Assembly: GCA_965220745.1 (NCBI GenBank)
Contig: CBDCQT010000005.1
Location: forward strand, 394,938-458,937
DNA from: Alphaproteobacteria bacterium
GTDB lineage: Bacteria; Pseudomonadota; Alphaproteobacteria; UBA828
Direction: 5' to 3'
Length of the DNA: 64,000 nt
Made by a program: the position numbers and the translations under genes. Positions 56,720 through 64,000 of the stretch are shown piece after piece. The notes beneath the pieces were generated by a model. The model searched no databases and was not told the DNA's origin. It saw only the letters and a program-made list of their open reading frames with translations. Numbering within the stretch: the first letter of the stretch is position 1; each line of letters begins with the position of its first letter.

Positions 56720-57601
56720 CTAATCCCGTGCGCGCACCGTCGTCGCGTAGTCCGCCATCAGGGTGCGGGTGACTGGCCCGACCTGGAAGTTGTGCTCGTC
56801 GATCGCGCCGACCGGCGTGACCTCAGCAGCGGTGCCGGTGAGGAAGATCTCGTCGCTCTTCGGGATTTCGTCGGGCATGATCGCGCGCTCGATCACCTCG
56901 TAACCGCGCTTTTCTGCGAGCTCGATGACCATGCGCCGCGTGATGCCGTCCAGGAAGCAATCCGGCGACGGTGTGTGAATGACGCCGTCCTGGACGAGGA
57001 AGATGTTGGCGCCGGTCGCTTCGGAGACCTGTCCGCGCCAGTCGAGCATCAGCGCATCGTGGCAACCCTCCCGCTCGGCTTCATGCTTGCTGAGGGTGCA
57101 GATCATGTAGAGCCCGGCGCATTTCGCCTTCACCGGTGCGGTATCCGGCGCCGGCCGGCGCCAGCGCGCGGTTTTCAGCTTGATGCCTCGCGTGACCGCA
57201 TCCTCGCCGAAATAGGCCGGCCACGCCCAGGCGGCGATCGCCACGTGTATCGTGTTGTGCTGCGCCGAAACGCCCATCATCTCGGCGCCGCGCCAGGCCA
57301 CCGGCCGCACGTAGCCGTCGCCAATGCCGAGCCTGTCGACGACGAGCTTGGAGGCCTCGACCAGCGTCTCGCGGCTATAGGGGATTTCGAAACCCAGCGC
57401 GTCGGCGGAATCCAGAAGGCGTTGGGTGTGTTCCTCCACCTTGAAGATGCGGCCGTCGTAGACCCGTTCGCCTTCGAACACGCAGCTCGCATAGTGCAGG
57501 CCGTGGCTCAGCACGTGCAGCTTCGCGTCGCGCCACGGCACCAGCGCGCCGTTGTACCAGATGTCTCCGTCGCGATCGTCGTAGGGAATGAGGTCGGCCA
57601 T
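56720..57601 (-). CDS. ilvE: Branched-chain amino acid aminotransferase
   Basis: HGLHYASCVFEG, YVRP, KCAGLY, EATGANIF, LDGITR, GTAAEVTP; start MADLIP. Confidence 0.95.
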   Translation of the reverse strand: MADLIPYDDRDGDIWYNGALVPWRDAKLHVLSHGLHYASCVFEGERVYDGRIFKVEEHTQRLLDSADALGFEIPYSRETLVEASKLVVDRLGIGDGYVRPVAWRGAEMMGVSAQHNTIHVAIAAWAWPAYFGEDAVTRGIKLKTARWRRPAPDTAPVKAKCAGLYMICTLSKHEAEREGCHDALMLDWRGQVSEATGANIFLVQDGVIHTPSPDCFLDGITRRMVIELAEKRGYEVIERAIMPDEIPKSDEIFLTGTAAEVTPVGAIDEHNFQVGPVTRTLMADYATTVRARD

Positions 57602-57638
57602 GGCGCTCACGGATGGTCGGCGGGTGGACAGAAAGCTG

Positions 57639-57683
57639 TTGCGCTCCCTATCATCGGCCTGCATATAAGTCAACGTGACTGAC
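57639..57683. promoter_or_regulatory. Overlapping divergent ilvE/petP promoters with palindromic operator
   Basis: Plus strand TTGCGC-17-CATATA-7-GTG; minus strand TTGACT-17-TAGGGA; GTCA-N7-TGAC palindrome at 57669-57683 covers the petP start. Confidence 0.5.
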
Positions 57684-58157
57684 GTAAAGGCCGGGCCGAA
57701 TCCTCTCTATCTGCGTGAGGACCAGCTTCACGAGGCGATGGAGCTGCTGTTCTTCGCCTATCGGGATTTTACGACCGAATGCGATGCGATCCTCGCGTCC
57801 CACGGCTTCGGGCGCGCACATCACCGGGTCGTCTATTTCGTCGGCCGCAATCCGGACATCTCGGTCACGTCGTTGCTGGAAATCCTGAGGATCACCAAGC
57901 AGAGCCTGTCGCGCGTGCTCGGCCGGCTGGTGAGCGAGGGATTCGTGACGACCCGGCAGGACCCCGCCGACGGACGCCGCCGGTTGCTCGCCCTCACGGC
58001 GAAAGGCCGGAGTCTGGAGAGCCGCTTGTCCGCGACCCAGCGGGCCCGCATTGCCAAGGCTTACCGCAGCGCGGGCGGCGTCGCCGTGGAGGGGTATCGG
58101 GAGGTGTTGATGGGAATCATCGACGAGGCTGACCGGCGCCGCTTCCACCGGCCCTGA
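57675..58157 (+). CDS. petP: MarR-family regulator (PetP-like)
   Basis: ELLFFAYRDF, GRAHHR, LRITKQSL.RVL, DGRRR; conserved ilvE-petP-petR context. Confidence 0.85.
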   Translation: MTDVKAGPNPLYLREDQLHEAMELLFFAYRDFTTECDAILASHGFGRAHHRVVYFVGRNPDISVTSLLEILRITKQSLSRVLGRLVSEGFVTTRQDPADGRRRLLALTAKGRSLESRLSATQRARIAKAYRSAGGVAVEGYREVLMGIIDEADRRRFHRP

Positions 58158-58202
58158 GGTTGGCGTGTCGGATCGGTCCGTCCGGCGAGGGACGATGCGT
58201 CG

Positions 58203-58937
58203 ATGAACGACGAGAGCGCGGCGACCAACGCCGCCCACCGGGAGGCGCCGCCGGCCGAGGCGGAGCACATCCTGGTGGTGGACGACGACGACCGCCTGCG
58301 CAAGCTGCTCGGCCGCTATCTGCGGGATAACGGCTACCTCGTTTCCACCGCGGGCTCGGCAGCCGACGCGCGGGCCAAGCTCGACGGCATGACCTTTGAC
58401 CTGATCGTGCTCGATGTGATGATGCCAGGCGAATCGGGTGTCGAGTTCACGCGCGGGCTGCGTCGTTCGGACGCGGTTCCGGTCTTGCTGCTCACGGCCA
58501 TGACCGAGCCGGAAGACCGCATCGCGGGGCTGGAGAGCGGCGCCGACGACTATCTGACCAAGCCCTTTGAGCCGCGCGAGCTGCTGCTGCGCGTCGCCAC
58601 CATCCTGCGGCGCACGGCGGCTGCGCCCCCTGCGACGCCCGAGACCTGCGTCGTGATGGGCGAAGTCCGTTATTTTCCGGCGCGGGATCAGCTCTTGCGG
58701 GGCGACGAGCCGGTACGGCTGACCACGGCCGAGGCCGCCCTTCTCCGCGTCTTCGCCGCCAATCCGGGAGAAACGATGAGCCGGCACGCGCTGGGCGAGC
58801 GCCTTGGCGGCGCCGCCTCGCGCCGCGCGATCGACGTGCAAATCGCCCGGCTTAGGCGCAAGATCGAGCCGGAACCCCAGAATCCGCGTTACCTGCAGAC
58901 CGTCTGGGGCCGAGGCTATGTGCTGCGAGCCGATTGA
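58203..58937 (+). CDS. OmpR-family response regulator (PetR-like)
   Basis: LVVDDD, LDVMMPG, GADDYLTKPF, IDVQIARLRRKIE, QTVWGRGY. Confidence 0.93.
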   Translation: MNDESAATNAAHREAPPAEAEHILVVDDDDRLRKLLGRYLRDNGYLVSTAGSAADARAKLDGMTFDLIVLDVMMPGESGVEFTRGLRRSDAVPVLLLTAMTEPEDRIAGLESGADDYLTKPFEPRELLLRVATILRRTAAAPPATPETCVVMGEVRYFPARDQLLRGDEPVRLTTAEAALLRVFAANPGETMSRHALGERLGGAASRRAIDVQIARLRRKIEPEPQNPRYLQTVWGRGYVLRAD

Positions 58938-58967
58938 GCCGCGGCGTCCGCCGGGGGAGCGTTCGCC

Positions 58968-60296
58968 GTGAACCTGTTACGCACATTCATGCCGCGCGGC
59001 CTTTTCTGGCGGGCGTTCCTGATCATGCTCATCCCGCTGATTCTGGTTCAGGCGACGGTGGTCTACATCTTCTTCGAGCGACACTGGGATACGGTGAGCA
59101 ACCAGCTGGCGTTGGATGTCAGCGGCGATGTCCTCTCCATCATGCGCATGTCGGAAGGCGTGACCGACCCCGCAGAGCGCGCCCGGATCGACGAGATCGC
59201 CCGGCGAGAGATGCAGTTCGGGGTCGTCTTCGAGGATGGCGCGGTGCTGCCCGACGAGGCTCCGAGGCAGAGCGGTGGCATCTCTTACGAAATGCTGCAC
59301 CGGCAGCTCGACCAGCGCATCGGGGCCCCCTACCATCTCGATAGCACTCTGCCCGACAAGGGAATGACAATTCGGGTCCAGCGGCCGGACGGTGTGTTGA
59401 CCCTGCTGACGACGACCAGGCGCTTGCGGGAATCGACCACCGTCCTGCCCTTCTTGTGGATGGCAGGGATGGCGATCCTGGTGACGACGATCGCCGTCCT
59501 GTTTCTGCGTAACCAGGTTCGTCCGATCAGGCGGCTGGCGGCTGCCGCCGACGCGCTGGGCAAGGGCCGGCCGGTGACCGACCTCAAGCCCGCAGGCGCG
59601 TCTGAGGTTCGTCTCGCGGGCGCCGCTTTCCTGGAGATGCAGGGGCGCATCCAGCGTCAGATCACGCAGCGCACCGAGATGCTGGCCGGGGTGTCTCACG
59701 ATCTCCGGACCCCGCTGACGCGGGTGCGGCTGCAGCTCGCCATGTTGGCCGACGCACATCCGAATTCGCGGGCCGAGATCGGCGAGTCCGAGCAGGACCT
59801 GCTGCTCATGGAGCACATGATCGACGAGTACATGGCCTTCGCCCGCGGCCAGGGCGGCGAGGCGCCGGTCAGCACCGACCTTGCCGAGATCATCGACGAC
59901 GTCACGGCGGACGTCCGCGACAAGGGCAGGCCGATCACGGTTGAACTCGAGCGCCCCCTGGTCGTGGCGCTTCGGCCGAACGCTATCCGCCGCTGCCTCA
60001 CCAATCTGGTGGAGAACGCGGTGCATCACGGCGCGCAGGTCGCGATCAGCGCCGTGCGCCGGGACGACATCGTATCGGTGGCGATCGAGGACGACGGGCC
60101 GGGCATTCCCGAAGAGCAGCGGGAAGAGGTGTTCAAACCGTTCTTCCGGCTCGATAACGCGCGCAACCCGCGCACCGGCGGAGCCGGCCTCGGCCTTGCG
60201 ATCGCACGCGATGTCGCCCGCGGGCATGGCGGCGACATTCGCATGAGCGGCGGCTCGCTCGGCGGCCTGCGCGCCGAGCTCCGGCTACCGGTCTAG
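58968..60296 (+). CDS. EnvZ-like sensor histidine kinase
   Basis: 2 TM, HAMP, VSHDLRTPLTR, NLVENA, EDDGPG, GLGL. Confidence 0.93.
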   Translation: MNLLRTFMPRGLFWRAFLIMLIPLILVQATVVYIFFERHWDTVSNQLALDVSGDVLSIMRMSEGVTDPAERARIDEIARREMQFGVVFEDGAVLPDEAPRQSGGISYEMLHRQLDQRIGAPYHLDSTLPDKGMTIRVQRPDGVLTLLTTTRRLRESTTVLPFLWMAGMAILVTTIAVLFLRNQVRPIRRLAAAADALGKGRPVTDLKPAGASEVRLAGAAFLEMQGRIQRQITQRTEMLAGVSHDLRTPLTRVRLQLAMLADAHPNSRAEIGESEQDLLLMEHMIDEYMAFARGQGGEAPVSTDLAEIIDDVTADVRDKGRPITVELERPLVVALRPNAIRRCLTNLVENAVHHGAQVAISAVRRDDIVSVAIEDDGPGIPEEQREEVFKPFFRLDNARNPRTGGAGLGLAIARDVARGHGGDIRMSGGSLGGLRAELRLPV

Positions 60297-60305
60297 CTCA
60301 AAGAT

Positions 60306-60950
60306 TTACCCGGCTTCGGCGGGCTGGGTGTCGCGCCAGCCGCGGCGCGGCGCGAGCCGGCAAAGGCCGCGCGTCAACCGGTCGAGGCGCTTCAGCCGGC
60401 GGTCGAGCACGGCCATGGTGCGCGCCATGTCCTCGCTGTCGTCATGGATCCACACCCGGAGCATGGTGAGATAGAGCGTGCACAGCGCGTTCACGCGAAG
60501 CTCGCCTCGCAGACCGGCACTGCTCAAATCGGCCGCTTCGAGCATCCAGCGCATCGAACGCCGCATCGTGAGCGACCCGCACAGGACGCCTTCCGGGTTC
60601 GACGGGGCGCTCCGCACGATCGCGACGACCCCTTCCCTGCGCGCATTCAGAAGATCAAAGCGCTTCATCAGCACGTCGAACAGACGCTCGGTGGCCGGGC
60701 GCCCGGCCATCTCCGGGTCCCGTGCGGCCAACACCTCGCGGTCCACACTGGCTGAGTAGGCCGCGACGATGGCGCTTTTGGAGGAAAACTCCGCGCGCAG
60801 CTCCGCGAGGGAAACCCCGGCGGCCTCGGCGATGTCGCCAAGGCTGGCCCGCGCCCAGCCGCGGCTCGCGGCCAGTGTCAGCGCACTCTCGATGATGGTC
60901 TGGGGCACGTCCTTGCGCTTGCCGGCCCCTGCTGCAGTCTTCCTTGGCAT
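60306..60950 (-). CDS. TetR-family regulator
   Basis: N-terminal HTH (IAEAAGVS), ERLFDVLM.RF, TMAVLDRRL. Confidence 0.8.
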   Translation of the reverse strand: MPRKTAAGAGKRKDVPQTIIESALTLAASRGWARASLGDIAEAAGVSLAELRAEFSSKSAIVAAYSASVDREVLAARDPEMAGRPATERLFDVLMKRFDLLNARREGVVAIVRSAPSNPEGVLCGSLTMRRSMRWMLEAADLSSAGLRGELRVNALCTLYLTMLRVWIHDDSEDMARTMAVLDRRLKRLDRLTRGLCRLAPRRGWRDTQPAEAG

Positions 60951-61029
60951 GGTCCTGCACCTCGCCGCCGCCAGAGCCTGAAGTGTAGGCCGCGCGAAAT
61001 CCGGCGGTCAACGCGCCTCGTCGGACGAG

Positions 61030-61848
61030 CTACGACGGGGCGAGGGCGCGGCTACGCTCGGCGGCCGCGCGCACCGCGCGGGTCATGAGCGGGCTGAGCC
61101 CGTCCGCCGCCATCAGGACCGAGAGCGCGGCCTCCGTGGTGCCGCCGGGGCTGGTCACGTTGCGGCGAAGCTGGGCGGCGTCGTCTTCCGCCTGGGCCAG
61201 CAGGGCGCCGGCGCCGCTCACCGTGCGCTCGGCCAGAAGGCGTGCGAGGTCCTCGGGCAGTCCGGCATCGATGGCGGCGTCCGCCAGGCATTCCGCGAGC
61301 AGAAAGACGTAGGCCGGGCCGCTGCCCGAGACCGCCGTCACCGCATCCATGTGGGACTCGTCGTCGATCCAGGCGACGGCCCCCACCGCCCCCAGCAGCC
61401 CCTCGCAGAGCACCTTCTGACTCCAATTGGCGGCCGAATTGGCCCAGGCGACGGTCATGCCCTCGCCGATGGCGGCCGGCGTGTTGGGCATGGCGCGGAC
61501 GATGGGCACGTCGCCGAGGTCCCGCTCCAGCAGGGCGGAGGGCCAGCCGGCGGCAATGGAGAGGTGCACGCAGTCCGGGGCGCCGAAGCCCGCGTACCGG
61601 GGCACCACATCTGCCATCACCTGCGGCTTGACCGCGAAGACGATCGCCGAGGGATTGAGCGTGACGGGCAAGGCGGCGGGCACGCGCACGCGCTCCACCC
61701 CGAGCGGAGCCAGACGTTCGGCCACGCCGTCGTCCGGCTCGACGATCCTGAGTTGCGCGGCCTCCAGGGGCCCGCGCAGCCACCCGGCCGCGAGTGCGCC
61801 GCCCATCCTGCCGCCGCCGACCAGGACGATGGGGCCGGGAGCCGTCAT
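61030..61848 (-). CDS. proC: Pyrroline-5-carboxylate reductase
   Basis: GGGRMG, AVKPQ, RAMPNTP, SGSGPAY, VTSPGGTT. Confidence 0.96.
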   Translation of the reverse strand: MTAPGPIVLVGGGRMGGALAAGWLRGPLEAAQLRIVEPDDGVAERLAPLGVERVRVPAALPVTLNPSAIVFAVKPQVMADVVPRYAGFGAPDCVHLSIAAGWPSALLERDLGDVPIVRAMPNTPAAIGEGMTVAWANSAANWSQKVLCEGLLGAVGAVAWIDDESHMDAVTAVSGSGPAYVFLLAECLADAAIDAGLPEDLARLLAERTVSGAGALLAQAEDDAAQLRRNVTSPGGTTEAALSVLMAADGLSPLMTRAVRAAAERSRALAPS

Positions 61849-62351
61849 CAGGCCCTCCCGCGCGGTTCCATGAGCGCCGCCTCAAACGCATCCTCGGGCG
61901 CGAGGCCCGCCTGGATAACCTGCTGGAAGGCCGGATAGAAGCGCTCGCACTCGGCAACGCCCACGGTCACCACCTCGACGATCTGCGAGTCCTCGACGCC
62001 CTGGGTGCCGCGCAGCAGGAGCGCATGGCGCCAGGTCGGCCGGCCCTCCTCGGCCCAGAGGTCGAAGTGGCCGACCCACAGGCTCTCGTTGATCAGATTG
62101 ACCAAGGCGCAAACCGCCGGACGGCGCTCATCGGGAACGCCCATGTCGAAGCCGCTGGCGAAGTGCAGCACGTCGAGATCGGCGCGGTAGGCGAACCAGA
62201 GCTGGTATTCGCACCAGCTGCCCGCCAGCGAGCCGGTAAGGTCCTCTTCACCCATGCGCTCGAACGAGAGCCGGCTTGCCATCATCACCCGCTCGACCGC
62301 ATCGAGCGTGTCGCTGGAGAGGCGCTCCGGTTCCACAAGCGACACCGCCAT
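61848..62351 (-). CDS. YbjN-domain protein
   Basis: INESLWVGHF, ECERFYPAFQ; conserved ybjN-proC pair in Alphaproteobacteria; start MAVSL. Confidence 0.85.
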   Translation of the reverse strand: MAVSLVEPERLSSDTLDAVERVMMASRLSFERMGEEDLTGSLAGSWCEYQLWFAYRADLDVLHFASGFDMGVPDERRPAVCALVNLINESLWVGHFDLWAEEGRPTWRHALLLRGTQGVEDSQIVEVVTVGVAECERFYPAFQQVIQAGLAPEDAFEAALMEPRGRA

Positions 62352-62489
62352 CTCATCGCCCCGTCGTAGTGCCAACACACGCGGCAGGCGCTGCTGCCTA
62401 CCACATGTGACGCTAACTACAATAGGATGGGATGGCGAGAGAGAAAATCCCAAAATGTTGCGTCTTGGGGTTCCGAAGGTACCGGCGGG

Positions 62490-63047
62490 CTAAATCGGAA
62501 GCTGCGGCGCGGCGCCGTCGGGCAGGGGGACGCGATGCTCGTTCAGCGTCATCGCGATCATGGCGTAGTAGCCGTTGAGCGCCGTGAGCTCGACCACGCC
62601 CGCGGGGCCGAACAGCGCGAGCGCCTTGTTGTAGGTCTCGTCGCTGACCGCGCGGTTGATCTGCAGCTCGCAGCTAAAGTCGTAGACCGTCACCTCGTCC
62701 TCGGCTGAGAGCGGCGGCGGGCGCCGGTGCTTGATCGCCTCGATCACCGCGTCCGGCAGGCCTGCGCGCGCCGCCTCGGCCGCGTGCCAGTGCCATTCGT
62801 ACTGGCACGACCAGTGGCGGGCGACCGCGAGGATCGCGAGCTCGCTCAGGCGCGGCTCCAGACTGGTCTCGTAGCGCAGCAGGGCGCCCAGCGCCTGCAC
62901 GCGGTCCGCAAGCTCGGCATTGTGCAGGAGCGCCATGAAGAGGTCGGGCACCGTGCCGCGCGGCCCGCTCCGAATCGCGTCGCAGACCCGGCGCTGGTCC
63001 GCCGTCAACTCCTCGGCGCCGGGCAGCGGCAGGCGGGATGCAGTCAC
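62490..63047 (-). CDS. Carboxymuconolactone decarboxylase/AhpD-like family protein
   Basis: [26 protein letters not shown]...MTLN; GTG start overlapping gpt stop. Confidence 0.8.
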   Translation of the reverse strand: MTASRLPLPGAEELTADQRRVCDAIRSGPRGTVPDLFMALLHNAELADRVQALGALLRYETSLEPRLSELAILAVARHWSCQYEWHWHAAEAARAGLPDAVIEAIKHRRPPPLSAEDEVTVYDFSCELQINRAVSDETYNKALALFGPAGVVELTALNGYYAMIAMTLNEHRVPLPDGAAPQLPI

Positions 63048-63544
63048 GCCGCGCCCCGCTCCCCGCCGGCCGCCTCGCGCTCGGCGATCGGCGGCACGAA
63101 TTGCAGGTCGGTATCCCAGGGGAAGAAGATCCAGGTGTCCTGGCTGACCTCGGTGACGAAGGTGTGCGCCTCGCCCCGCCCGGCCGGTTTGGTATAGACG
63201 CAGGCGAAGTGGGCCTTCGGCAGCATCTCGCGGACGATGCGGGCGGTGGCCCCGGTATCGGCGAGATCGTCGACGATCAGGACGCCCTCGCCGTCGCCCG
63301 ATACCGGCTTCAGGACTTGCGCGGAGCGCTGATCCTGGTGGTCGTAGGAGGAAATGCAGACGGTGTCGATCAGGCGGATGTCCAGCTCGCGCGCGACAAC
63401 CGTCGCCGGCACCAGGCCGCCGCGGGTGACCGCGACGATGCTGCGCCAGGGGCCGAGCTCCGCCAGCCGCCAAGCGAGCGCGCGCGCGTCTCGGTGTAGC
63501 TGATCCCACGAAACCGGGAAGCCCTTTGCGTATCGTTCCGTCAT
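63044..63544 (-). CDS. gpt: Xanthine-guanine phosphoribosyltransferase
   Basis: [35 protein letters not shown]. Confidence 0.93.
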   Translation of the reverse strand: MTERYAKGFPVSWDQLHRDARALAWRLAELGPWRSIVAVTRGGLVPATVVARELDIRLIDTVCISSYDHQDQRSAQVLKPVSGDGEGVLIVDDLADTGATARIVREMLPKAHFACVYTKPAGRGEAHTFVTEVSQDTWIFFPWDTDLQFVPPIAEREAAGGERGAA

Positions 63545-63694
63545 CTCGTTCCCCGTCCTGAGCCGTTGTCGCGTCGGCGCACATGCAACCGGACAACGCC
63601 CGGCGGGGCAAGGGGACCAATGTCCGGGGTGCCAGGACGGCGTGCGGCTGGCCCCGCCTTTCGATCCCGGCCCGATACGGGTAAGAAGCGGCGC

Positions 63695-64000
63695 ATGGCG
63701 GACCGAATGCGGGCGCTGCCGGGCAGCGAAGCCGAGACGCGGGCGCTCCTCGAGGAGGGGCGCTATGTCGCGGACGACGCGCTGGTCAAGACCCTCTACC
63801 TGAGCTTTGCCCTCGGCCGCCCCTTGCTGCTGGAGGGCGAGGCCGGCTGCGGCAAGACCCAGCTCGCCGCGACGCTTGCCGAGACCCTGGGCCGCCGTCT
63901 GTTGCGCCTGCAGTGCCACGAGGGGCTCGATTCGGCCGCCGCCGTCTACGAGTGGAACTACGCCGCCCAGATGCTCGCGATTCGCCTGGCCGAGCGCGGC
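63695..64000 (+). CDS. MoxR-family AAA+ ATPase (CoxD-like), 3'-truncated by window edge
   Basis: Own translation (not in ORF track): MADRMRALP...[14 protein letters not shown]...RLQCHEGLD...YEWNY. Confidence 0.85.
   Translation, partial: MADRMRALPGSEAETRALLEEGRYVADDALVKTLYLSFALGRPLLLEGEAGCGKTQLAATLAETLGRRLLRLQCHEGLDSAAAVYEWNYAAQMLAIRLAERG

Noticed and set aside
62400-62465. NrdR-box-like CCCAAAATGTTGCG upstream of ybjN
   Set aside because: Two mismatches, no convincing tandem partner and no ribonucleotide reductase gene nearby

Overview
High-GC alphaproteobacterial (Rhodospirillales-like) chromosomal segment, mostly core genome. In order: bioB-bioA, a TRAP transporter, ate/bpt, purD, the str-S10-spc ribosomal supercluster (rpsL to secY-adk), two convergent branched-chain-type ABC transporters, an Hsp20 gene with a ROSE RNA thermometer, uvrC-pgsA-mobB-moeA-moaD-moaE, a GT9/O-antigen-ligase pair, ilvE/petP-petR-sensor kinase, proC-ybjN, gpt and the start of a CoxD-type MoxR ATPase. 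The most unusual part is 24.2-32.4 kb, where rpsM-rpsK-rpoA-rplQ would normally follow adk. It holds a co-oriented catabolic block: a class II aldolase, both subunits of an N,N-dimethylformamidase-family enzyme, a cobalt-type nitrile hydratase whose beta subunit is split into two translationally coupled genes plus its activator, a family III CoA-transferase and a lone carboxyltransferase. Other oddities are a tuf gene with G/T-ending codon bias unlike its neighbours and an AT-rich, repeat-bearing intergenic region at 6.5-6.9 kb. No rRNA, tRNA, CRISPR or mobile element was recognised. All calls come from reading the sequence and recalling family motifs; no database searches were run.
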